Positions 13,883-25,800 of a stretch of DNA of 64,000 nt are shown here, piece by piece. The DNA comes from Oculina patagonica (Eukaryota), in NCBI RefSeq assembly GCF_052425735.1, contig NC_135762.1:27404001-27468000 (forward strand), written 5' to 3'. The position numbers and the translations under genes are program-made. Numbering within the stretch: position 1 is the stretch's first letter; each line of letters opens with the position of its first letter. The notes under the pieces are model-generated. The model was not told the origin of the DNA. It did no database searches and saw nothing but the letters and a program-made list of their open reading frames with translations.

Positions 13883-16800
13883 ATGGATAAAAGACCATTA
13901 TTTCTTGGAAAAGGTCGAGGTAGAGGCCGTGGAAACGAGCGAAACAGCACAAAGCCGGCGGGACGTTCAGCTGGCGGATATTCGTCCGCGGCGAAATGGG
14001 GGAATTCCAGAAATGCGGTTACAAATGGCGATGGAAATTCTCCCAAGGAGGTTGAAGTTTCCAAGGAGAGAAAGGAAAAGGCTGATAAAATAAAGGAGTC
14101 CGCGAAAAAATATTTGGAAAGATTGGACGACGAACTTGAAGACTCATCTGAAGACGAAGAAATCAATGACAGCGAAATATTGAGCAACACGCTGAAGAAC
14201 TACAGAAACACATCACAAGGTATAAATATTTAAAAAAATGTTTTTTTTTTCTGACTAGACTGAATTCTGTTTGGTCGAGAAAATACTATAGGGCCTCAAC
14301 TTTTGTCAACCCAGTCTCCTCCCTTTAGCCCCCCTCTTCCCCTAAAAGAGGCCCTGCCCCGGTAGGGGGCAGGGGGGGGGGTGTAAGGTTGCATTTTTGA
14401 ATCAGAAATTGGTAGAAATTTCTCAAAAGGCCGTTGTTTGTCAGAATTTCTTATTACGTTGTTGCTACTTTTTGAGCCATGTCACTTTTTGCGATTAACA
14501 CTGGCCATGGCTTTCTTACTTTGTGAGCAGTTGTTTTCTCCTATGCTGAATGCTACACCACAAAATATTGTTCATAGCATAGCATATGGCATAGGAGAAA
14601 CCTACTGCTTGTAGGGTGGGGGCTCCTGAAAAACTTTCGTCAACCACCCTTCCCCCAGAAACCTTTTTACATTTTAATTGATCAGCATCCCTATCTTGTT
14701 GTTTGCAGATAGTGAAGAAGATCTGAAGAGAACGTCTCAGTATTTGGTTGATTCCTGCAAACCTGGCGCTAGTGTGTGTTTAATATGCATTGCTTCAATC
14801 AAGCATATAGATGCAGTGAGTATTTATTTAACTGAATGGGGGATGTATTGTGCTCAACACTTATACCTAATCGTACCTTTTTGGTTCGCTTCGGCGGCAT
14901 ATCAGGCGAGTTTGGTCGAGCCATGGTTCGTATTTTGGCGAGGCGCAGTAGAGCCAAAATACCCATGGCGAGACCAAACGAGCCTGATATGCCGCGAAAG
15001 CGTACCAAAAAGGTACGATTAGGTATTTACCGTACCCAAATTCAGCCAAACATCCGGTGATATTATTCGCTCTGTTGAAGCCATGCTTGCAAGGTAAGTA
15101 GTTTTAAATGTATTGACCTGCTTGTATTGATACTTTTTTTGGTCTCCAACACTTTTATCAAGCTCTTTTCTCACATTGTTTTACTCGTTTGTTTGGAGTT
15201 TCATTCTCTACATTTTCAAAATCCAAATTTAGCGAAAAATTTGGAAACTCCGACTCCATTGTTTTAGTCTGAATGTCAGTCAGTACTCGTCGGCAAACAT
15301 CGCGCAATTGGCGAGCACACTCAATTTTGGTTTTGGCGGGAAAGTTTTTCTCTTTGGCGAGCACGCTCAATTTTGGTTTTGGCGGGAAAGTTTTTCTCTT
15401 TTTACAACAGCTAAACACCGCTTAATTTAATTTACGAAGTTCTGTTTTATTGGTAAAACCTCTTTTCAAATCATCGTACGGTAACACTACTTTACTTCAA
15501 AGTGACCATGATATGGTGGCATATCAGGTCAGTGACTTGATATCGTAGGATATCAGGACAGTAGATCGCGCTTCTGATTGGCTACTTGCGAATTTGGGTA
15601 CAGTAATATACCGTATTTAGCAAAAAAGGTTGTGGCTGAGGAGTTGAACTCGGGTCTACCGTAAAATAATTCAAGCTAGTGGTCAGAGTGGGACTTGGAC
15701 ACAGGACCTCCACATTTCAAGTCCGGCACCATAACACCTTGGCCACGCTGCCTCCGTTATCCAACTTCAGACGAGACATAATTTTTTTTCTCACTTCAGG
15801 TATGGAACTGTAGCCAGTGTTTCTCAACCCTCCATCTTCAGTGTATTCAGAAATGGGCCAGGGATGGTGCTGCTTACAATCTTCTTTCCTCTGATGATAA
15901 TGTAACTCAAGCTGATCTGCCTTGGTACTGGTATGTATCAAATCTTTTGTTGACCAAAAAACCTGACCATGTTTTGTTGATATTTATTGTTTTATGATTA
16001 TTTTGTATTTTATTACAATTTAGCCCCAAGTGTAGGTATGAATTCAAACAGTCAGATTGCCCTACAAGATATTATTGCTTTTGTGAAAAACAGGTAGGTA
16101 CAGTGTGTATTTGTTGTTTTATACATTTTAGTGTCTTTTAATCATTGTGTAGCACTACACAGCAATTTTTTGGGACCATGTCACTACTTTAAAAAACATT
16201 TGACCTTTGTGGGCAAGGTATGGGTTTGACTTCTGTTGAGCGAACTCTGCGCACAGCTATTGTGTCACTGACCTGATTAACATCTTTTTGACTCACAATT
16301 CTACCAAACTTAACAAGTACCAGCATGATTTCTTTCTGTATTAATATTCTTTTTATATTTTCACAACAAATGTATGTCTTGATATTTTCAGGAAAACCCT
16401 TCATTTGATCCATGGCTAACTCCTCACTCTTGTGGCCAGTCTTGTAGTAAACCTCTCAGACCTGAATGTGGTCATGACTGCCTTCTGCTCTGTCATCCAG
16501 GTACAGCAACTGTGTATCTAATTTTTTTCAGGGTACAATTTAAATTCAACCAAGGAAATGGGTTTCCAAACCTGGTTGCTACACTTGTACATTCCCCTTC
16601 CTAGGAATTAAAGAGTCCTAATGGCTTTATGTTAGTATCAGTGCTTACTGGTAACTCAAGTATCTGTAGCATAAATCAACTAGGAGAATTGCTAGCCCAC
16701 TTATGGTCCACTGCATGTAATTTACACCCCAGTATAATGAGTCAGGCTACCCTTTTAACTGTCAGAAGCTATTTACTATACACTTTGGAGAATAGAAGCT

Positions 16801-19800
16801 CTGTGAGAGTAAAGCTCGACACACATAATATACAGGTAAGAAGACTTCTTGAAGCATCACGTCCATGCAATATGTCCCACTCAAGGGAACTTGCATAATT
16901 TAAGGAGACAAGTCCCTGTGACTTGTCACTTCAATTTAAACCAGTTTGAATTTGTGCAACTAGCTGCAGGACAAAAGTTTTGATGAAAATGGGTAGTTAA
17001 AACAAAGGGACTTGTCTCCACATTGCTGGGGCAAGTTACTGCAACAAGTCTTGTTGTGTATGCTGACTTTAAAGTGTTGTGCCTAAGGAACACAATGCAA
17101 GGATACTGGCTGCACACTCAAGCTGTCAATTTATTTTCTAATTTTTAATTTGATACTCTAACCATTAGACCACTGCACTGTAATAAATTGTTGTAGGATT
17201 ATGTCCTTATTTGAGTTATTCTGTACTGTAGATGAGGTACTAATAGGGGGTTAAGGTATATTTGTTTGTAAGTTTGTTTCTACTGTGTCCCACATACAGG
17301 TCCATGTCCTCCCTGTCCAAAGACTGTCCGTGCGTCATGTCACTGCGGCTCTCAGTCACCTGTGGTCAGACGGTGTAGTACCAAATCATGGTCATGCGGC
17401 AAGCCCTGCGGAAAGCTTTTGTCATGTGATCACCACAACTGCGAGTCTCCTTGTCATTCTGGTAAGAAATTAACTTGATTGTTTTTTATATGATTCATTT
17501 ACTAAGTCTTGAATAAGTTTTAAATCTTGTCCCCTGGCTGAACTTTAGTATGGCTGACTGCCACATATAACTGTAAATGATCACTATAGTAGACAAAGTA
17601 TAGAGTTTAATTTTTAACCTGACTATCCTCCTGGAGAACCATAGTGAGACTTTATCAGAAGTTATATTACCTCTTGTTCTGTAGGTGACTGTCTGCCTTG
17701 TCCAAAGCAAAGTATACAGAGCTGTCTTTGTGGCAAAAGTGCAAGCAAAAGACCTTGTGCTAGTCCAGAGTGGCAGTGTGAACAGGTACTCGTCTTGTTT
17801 TTCCCTCTAAAACTCCTTTTAATTAATTGTCAGGCTATTGAACCAAAGAGTTCTGATCCAAGGCAGTTCAACATCTAAGTACATTTGGCAAGCAGGCATT
17901 ATCATGATCTCTTTAGTACCACAGTGGGGACCTTCAAATCCGAGTACAAGTATGAGTATGACTTTTGAATTTCAATCCAGTTATGTACCCAAAGCCCTGA
18001 CTCCTCCCTGTTGCTAACCAGTTGAAAAGAAGTCTTTGACTACTGGACTGGTACAACACTGGTGTGAAATGTGATAATCAAAAGCATAAGCACCAGACTT
18101 GAAAAGCCATACTTGTACTCCGATCTGCAGGTCCCCAGTCTCGTATGAGGCTGAACTAAGGTATTCCAGTCTGGCCTGTTCTTGGCTATCGTTGCCAACT
18201 CACTCCAACACTTCCAAATGAAATCTTTCCTCTCCTTCTCTTCCATTCTCAGCCATGTGTCCCTGGGACATGGTGACAAGTGATTAAAATAAGGAAAATC
18301 TTACCAACATTCTAAGAACTCAGTACATAAAATTTCAGGTTTGCAACAAAGTTTTGTCCTGTGGCCATCATAGATGTGAAAGATTGTGTCATGCAGATAA
18401 CTGCGGTGACTGTCCAAGAACAGGGGATAGGAAATGTCCTTGTGGACAAACTAGTGAGTGTGTTGCTATTTAGGAATCACAAATTAATTTGAATTTGTTT
18501 TCTTAATATCCAATATCCTGCTGACAGAAATGATCACAACAAGAAATAAGAAGGATATACTCAGAAAAAAAAAAATCTGAACACCAGATGGGATTCGAAC
18601 CCACGACCCTCCATGTTCTAGAATGGATGCTCTAACCACTGCAATACTGGAGACTTTATTCTTGTACAATTTCTTATTTGTTTTCATTTTTAATGGTAGG
18701 TTGGTGCATGGCCTTTCATTGGTGATACATGGTATTACCATAAATGTGGCTGCACGATGCAGCTAGCTATAGGCCATTAATGTGTTACTAGTGATAGGAC
18801 TGTGTGGCTGTCTGATGTGGTTTGTATGACTGTCCAACCCACAAGAATAACCCTTTCTCGCCATCGAGCCTCCAGTAGCTCAGTGGTTAGAGCATCTGTT
18901 CTTGAACATGGAGGTTCGTGGGTTCGAATCCCATCTGGTGCTCAGAATTTTTTTCTGAGTATCCTTATGGTTGATTCTTGTACAATTTCTTATAAAAATC
19001 ATTTCATCTGGCATTGTGGCGTATTTTGCGGGCTAAACTGGAGAATTTAACAGGCTAAAATATATTTTAGCCCGCTGCCGTGGACCGATCAGAAACAAGA
19101 AAATAACGAAGCCAGCCAATCAGAACTGAAAACCATTCAACTGTTCGCGCCGTTTTCTTGCTGGCTGGCAAAAGCTGGCATCACTTCAAGCTCCTTGAGT
19201 CGAGACGCTTCCATCTGCAATTGCAAACTGTTTTTAAGTTTGTCTTTAATGAGCGAAACTCGCTCAGTTGAATTTCAGGCATATTCCAAACTGCCAGTTC
19301 AGTTAACAGCACAATTAATTTGAACACTTCTACATGACGACTATTTCTTTGCTGCCGATACAATTTTGTAATTTCCTTTTCAAGCAAAGATTGTTTTGAG
19401 TAATTTTGCGGTTTTCTGCCGAGTTTTGTAAACTTTTAAACCTGGTTTACAATCAGAAATAAACGCCGACTCGCAAGTCGGCAGTGTTCAAGATATCGCT
19501 TACTGTTTTTGATTCCTTAACTAAATGCCCTTTGAAATGATTATACCGTATTTTCTCGATTAAACGCCGGACCCCGATTAAACGCCGGCCTCGTTTAAAC
19601 GCCGGGTGAAAACTGTTTTTTTTTTAAATAAACGCCGGGGGCATTTGATCGAGGTCCCGGCGTTTATTCGAGGTCCAGGCGTTGCTGTTATGAACTTTAT
19701 ATCCGTAACAATTACTGGTTCCCATGTTGTTCATATTTATTGTTTCTGTTCCGTTTGTCACTCAAATCTTGATTGCAACGCACCGTATGCAATACTGTAA

Positions 19801-22800
19801 CCTTTGGTTAAATCATCTTTGGAGACCCAGGTCCGGACGGGACAAAGGGAAAAATTGTTCTACCTTGACAAACTGGCCCTAGACATCGGAGGATGGATAA
19901 TAATAAATCAACTTGAAAAATAACAAAAAGTTTCACTTCGTTAATAAACGCCGGCCCCCGATTAAACGCCGGCTTCAAATAGAAGCCGGGTCCACCTGAC
20001 CAAGTTTTAAATAAACGCCAGGGGCGTTTAATTGAGAAAATACGGTAATAGTAATAGAGTTGATGTTCTTGGGCGTAAATATGTTTTTGGCCCTTCTCAG
20101 AGTTCATTTTAAAATGAGCCTGAGTCGGGCCAAAAACATATTTACGCCCAAGAACATCAACTCTATTGTTATATTAATTTTCTTATTTTCTAAATATACC
20201 GGTATCAATTGGTTTTAATTTTATCTCATGCAGCTGTGTCACTGCCATGCACTGAGGATGTTCCGACTTGTGGCAGCACCTGTGACAAGTCATTAGCTTG
20301 CGGCAGACATAAATGTACTCAGCAGTGTCACACAGGATCTTGTGGAGTGTGCCGACAGTTGGTCACAAAATCTTGTCGCTGCGGCAAGCGTGAGAAGAAT
20401 GTCTTGTGTTCGCAGGAGTTTCTATGTGAAGTCAAGTGTCTCAAGATGAGGCAATGTGAACGTCATCCATGTAAACGAAAGGTACGTTTTTATCTTAAAA
20501 CATAAGTCAATAGTTACAAAAATATACAGCTCTTTTATAATGATTCCATTATTTTCAATTGTTATTTTCATTATTTTCAATTATTATTATTAATTGTTTG
20601 GCAGTGTTGCAATGGAAGTTGTCCTCCATGTGAGCTGACTTGTAACAGAACCCTGAACTGTAGGAATCACAAATGCCCATCACAGTGTCACAGAGGTAGA
20701 TAAGTTGTATTAAACTGTTTAAGCTCATGAACATTTAAGTCACTGACCGCTTTTCTTAGGCTTTTGGCTTAATCAGTTAAATCCCTTGATGCCTGTTAAA
20801 AATGCATTTTATTACAATTATTATTTTAATATTATTGTATTGGTTGCTGGTTATTTGGCACCTCCTAAGTTTGACATGATATCTTTTCGCCCTATGTCAC
20901 CCATGTATTGTAGGTCCATGTTACCCATGTCCCCTCCCAGTGGATGTGAAATGTTTTTGTGGTACCACTGTATTAACATTACCGTGTGGCAGAGAAAAAG
21001 TCACCAAGCCACCTAAGTGTGCTGAACTCTGCAGGTAAGGCCACTGTGTACTGCTATTTATGAGCAATTTAACTCAAGGTTGTGTCATGTACATATGGAA
21101 ACCAGTTTTGTCTGAATGGGTTTAAAACTGTTCCAGCAGTTGAAATGGCTGATGGCTGTTAATCCATTAGGCTTAACATTCAGTTGGGAGACTGGTCGGA
21201 ATGAATACTTGTTAGTGGTGAATTCTGGTCTCTGCAGCTTTTGTCTTGAGCTTGCTAAGTGACTGCAGCGATTGTGCCATCATGATAGTGTGAAACTCAA
21301 ACAGAAAGTCTATAGCGCTCAAGGTGTTCAGTATACATGTGTTATTGGTAATTGCCTTCTCCATGCAGTTTGGATTTCACAAGACACCCGGAAAGAACAC
21401 TCAGCTTCAAGTCCCGTCAACTTTTCATTTCTCCTAATAAATTTATTTAAGTTACCGGTAATTATAATTATAGTAATGTTAATAATTATTTTTTTCACAG
21501 TCATCCTCCAGATTGTCATCACCTGCAACGCAAGGTTAGGACTACAGAGGTTTATGCTTTTATAAGTTGTTGTTTAGCTACTGGCCCAGAGCTTATTATT
21601 TATTTACAGAATTTTACAGTGCGATCAAATTGTACAATCACTATTGTAAGTTGAAAATTTTAATTTATTTTTGTAGCGTCATCACTGCCATTATGGTGCC
21701 TGTCCACCATGCCGTCAACGCTGTGATCTTAATCTCTCATGTGGACACTCTTGTCCTGCCAGTTGCCATGACAACAAACCAGACTCAACGAAACTCACAA
21801 AGGTTTGAACAAGAGTTTTTTTTTTCCAGTGTCAGTAAAGTTTACCCTGTGTTGGTAAAGTTTACCTGTGTGGGTAAATTAAGTTTATCCATGTGAGTAA
21901 AGTTTACCCTGTGTGATGAGTAAAGTTTACCCATGTGTCTGAGTAAAGTTTACCCGTGTGGTGAGTAAAGTTTACCCGTGTGGTGAGTAAAGTTTACCCA
22001 TGTGTCTGAGTAAAGTTTACCCGTGTGGTGAGTAAAGTTTACCCATGTGTCTGAGTAAAGTTTACCCGTGTGGTGAGTAAAGTTTACCCATGTGTCTGAG
22101 TAAAGTTTACCCGTGTGGTGAGTAAAGTTTACCCATGTGTCTGAGTAAAGTTTACCCGTGTGGTGAGTAAAGTTTACCCGTGTGTCCGAGTAAAGTTTAC
22201 CCGTGTGGTGAGTAAAGTTTACCCGTGTAGTGAGTAAAATTTACCCGTGTGGTAAGTAAAGTTTACCCGTGTGGTGAGTAAAGTTTACCCGTGTGTCTGA
22301 GTAAAGTTTACCCGTGTGGTGAGTAGAGTTTTCCCGTGTGTTTGAGTAAAGCTTTCCCGTGTGTTTGAGTAAAGTTTACCCATGTGGTGAGTAAAGTTTA
22401 CCCGTGTGTCTGAGTAAAGTTTACCCGTGTGGTGAGTAGAGTTTACCTGTGTGTCTGAGTAGAGTTTACCCGTGTGGTGAGTAAAGTTTACCCATGTGTC
22501 TGAGTAAAGTTTACCCCTGTGTCTGAGTAAAGTTTACCCATGTGTCTGAGTAAAGTTTACCCATGTGTCTGAGTAAAGTTTACCCATGTGGTGAGTAAAG
22601 TTTACCCATGTGTCTGAGTAAAGTTCACCCATGTGTCTGAGTAAAGTTTACCCGTGTGGTAAGTAAAGTTTACCCGTGTGGTGAGTAAAGTTTACCCGTG
22701 TGGTGAGTAAAGTTTACCCGTGTGGTGAGTAAAGTTTACCCATGTGGTGAGTAAAGTTTACCCATGTGTCTGATTAAAGTTTACCCCTGTGTCTGAGTAA

Positions 22801-25800
22801 AGTTTACCCCTGTGTCTGAGTAAAGTTTACCCATGTGTCTGAGTAAAGTTTACCCGTGTGTCTGAGTAAAGTTTACCCATGTGTCTGAGTAAAGTTTACC
22901 CGTGTGTCTGAGTAAAGTTTACCCCTGTGTCTGAGTAAAGTTTACCCATGTGTCTGAGTAAAGTTTACCCATGTGTCTGAGTAAAGTTTACCCGTGTGTC
23001 TGAGTAAAGTTTACCCGTGTGTCTGAGTAAAGTTTACCCGTGTGGTGAGTAAAGTTTGAACCCATGTGTCTGAGTAAAGTTTACCTGTGTGGTGAGTAAA
23101 GTTACCCATGTGTCTGAGTAAAGTTTACCTGAGTGTGTGGTGAGTAAAGTTTACCCATCAGGGTCTCAAAGGGGTTTAGGGCTCCAGGGCTCCAGGCTAA
23201 AAATTGCAAGGCTCCAGGGCTCCAAGACGAAAATGTTAGGGCTCCAGGGCTCCATATCATCTGCTTTCGGGCTCCCGGCTCCACTATGGTCTACAAGCTT
23301 AAGATATAAAAACTATTTTGCAACGCTAAATCAAGTCCGCAAATAAAAAAGGCAGCAATTCCGACCAGTATTTTAAACGCAAGAAGTCGGTTATCAACGG
23401 TTATCATGTCTCCAACTATTAAAAAGTCCCCACTAAGGTCATGTAGCGGATCAGATTTCTTTGCTCTATGTGACTGAAACTTGAGGTCTCAAGTTCTTGA
23501 CATCTTTCATGTGGCGTTGATCTTTGGAAAAGAAAAAAGGCAATCTGGGATCGCGAATGATCAAATTTCAAAACGCTGGGCTCTGGGTTCCGCGGAAAAT
23601 TTCTTTTGGCTCTGTGTTCCACAGCCAAAAAAAGATCAGGGCTCCAGTCAGTAAAATGATCGGGCTCCGGGCTCCAAAGCAGAAATTTCAGGGCTCCGGG
23701 GCTCCATGGACCCCCCCTTTGAGACCCTGACCCATGTGTCTGAGTAAAGTTTACCTGTGTGGTGAGTAAAGACTTGTGTTGGTAAAGTTTACCAACAATG
23801 TTTTTAATTAAAAGAGTTATAATTTTTCCAATTGAAGTATGTGGGTAAAGATTACCTCTGTAGGTAACATTTTTACAAGTTACCTGATGTGTTTGATTTT
23901 AATTTTTCTTTCTCTAGCCACCTGTGAGTGGATGGCCTTCTGCATCAGATTCTAACTCAGACCTCTCTGATATTCAGCCACTACCTTGTCCACCATGTGC
24001 TGTTCCAGTTGAGATGTAAGTAGGAAGTCCTTTAGTAAATGAGCATTTTAAACAATTAGGGTCACATTCTTTAATTCTGTTTAATTGAAGTTAATCTCTT
24101 TTTTAGGAGCTGTTTTGGCAAGCATGAGGTGTGTAGTTAAGTGTTGTTATTTCTTTGTTTGATTGGTTTTACAAAGTGTAGTGGAAACTTAAAGCAAACA
24201 CTCTGAGTCCCAAAAAAGTTTTCACTTATTTTATTTTAACATAATTTGTGTGTTCTTCATAGGTCAGCTCTCTGCCATGTTCCTCAGCAAAGCCATTCTC
24301 ATGTGCTCGGCCTTGCGGCCGTCAGTTGCCGTGTGGAAACCACACCTGTCAGCTGGAATGTCATGTCGTTACTGGTGCTAATGACAACCAACAGGTATAA
24401 TTGTAAAATTAATAGTGTTGGTATACCCTTGCCTCCCCGTGGAGGGTCACTTGAAATTCGGGGGGGGGGGGGGGGGGGGGCTTAAAGACCAATATTTTTT
24501 TAAAACCAAACATCAAGTCAAAGGCTTGATGTTATTTATGTCGATACATTTGGCCTGTCGTGGCTTCCACACATATTTGTTAATCCGATGGTGGTCAGAC
24601 ATGTGACATAATAGCCAATCAGATGTAAAGGCGTAATCAGTCCGTCAGTATAAATGACGGGTCGCATTGTCAAGTACTCCCTCTTGCTTTCACCATCACA
24701 GCGAGTACATCTCCTGGGAAGACAATTTTCAAGATGTTCAAGTGTTACCCATCAGTTCAACAGATAAGTACAAGATTATTGTTCGTTGTTTACTAGCAAT
24801 ACGGTGTCTTTTTTATAGGAAGACTTATAATCAATCTGCATGATCGTGTATGTTTTGATAACACACGCAGTCAGCTATTGAAGTCAGCTAAGCCAGATCC
24901 GGTATTTGGGCGTGTACTGCTCGAGCCTTCGACATGGCGATCCTCTGGTTATTTTTGTATCCACTTCCTAGCTAAACCCTTCTCTTTTCCTTCCTTCATG
25001 TTGTAAATTATAAGCTGACGTTAAACTTCATACATGTGCACCATCGGATGGATGGCTAACATCAAAGTGCTCGTGTTATAGATCGGTTCCAGGTACAACG
25101 AGCAGTAGCTCATTGAAAGGCTTTTAGTAATTCACTATCACATGTGAACTACGGTCCACATATTTTCGTGCTTACGCTTTCGATTGTATTTGAGGAGCAG
25201 AGTTTCTTGCCGGTTCATATTTATCTAAGCCGAATTGTTATTGCCTTGCCTCTTTTTATTGTTATTGTGGGTTGCTCCACTTGGCAGGCTTTTTATATTA
25301 TTGGCTCAGTGGTCCTTGTTCTTGTACGATATCGGTATCGTATTTTTTATCGGCTTTGACAAGTTGCTTGTTTCGCCTTGAACCTGGCATTTTTATTTCC
25401 TGCTCTCTCATGTTTTTCATTTTCGTTTAATTTATAATCTTCCTTTTCAATTATACTTTTCGGTATGTGCAAACGATTACAATTTGCAGCTTGAAATCAG
25501 TAACCTTAGATGATCTGTTCGTCGTTTCTCTATTCGCAAACCGAGCTTCTCTGTGGCTAGGCTGTCGGGGTTTTTCAGACAACAATTGGCAATAGGCCTT
25601 TGAGGTGCGCCACCCCTTTTTTGTCGTGCTTTGCCGTGACGGAACCTTTTATTTGTACGTTATACATACCAAAAAGTGAACCTAAACTGGAATTACCAGA
25701 GAGGAGGAGGGGTTCAAACCATTGAACCCTCTGTGGGGGAGTGTGGATGTTTTCTGGAACAACACAATATAAATTCAAATGATCAATATTAAAAAAATAA

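Noticed and set aside
18870-18945. tRNA gene
   Set aside because: It has A/B boxes but imperfect stems, an inverted partner and other degenerate copies; it is repeat-derived.
20746-20778. Resemblance to the U2 snRNA 5' end (ACCGCTTTTCTTAGGCTTTTGGCTTAATCAG)
   Set aside because: Only about 30 nt with several mismatches and indels, and no Sm site; at most a decayed fragment.
21834-23158. CRISPR-like regular repeat array
   Set aside because: Units are directly tandem with no unique spacers, there are no cas genes, and it sits in a eukaryotic intron; it is a minisatellite.
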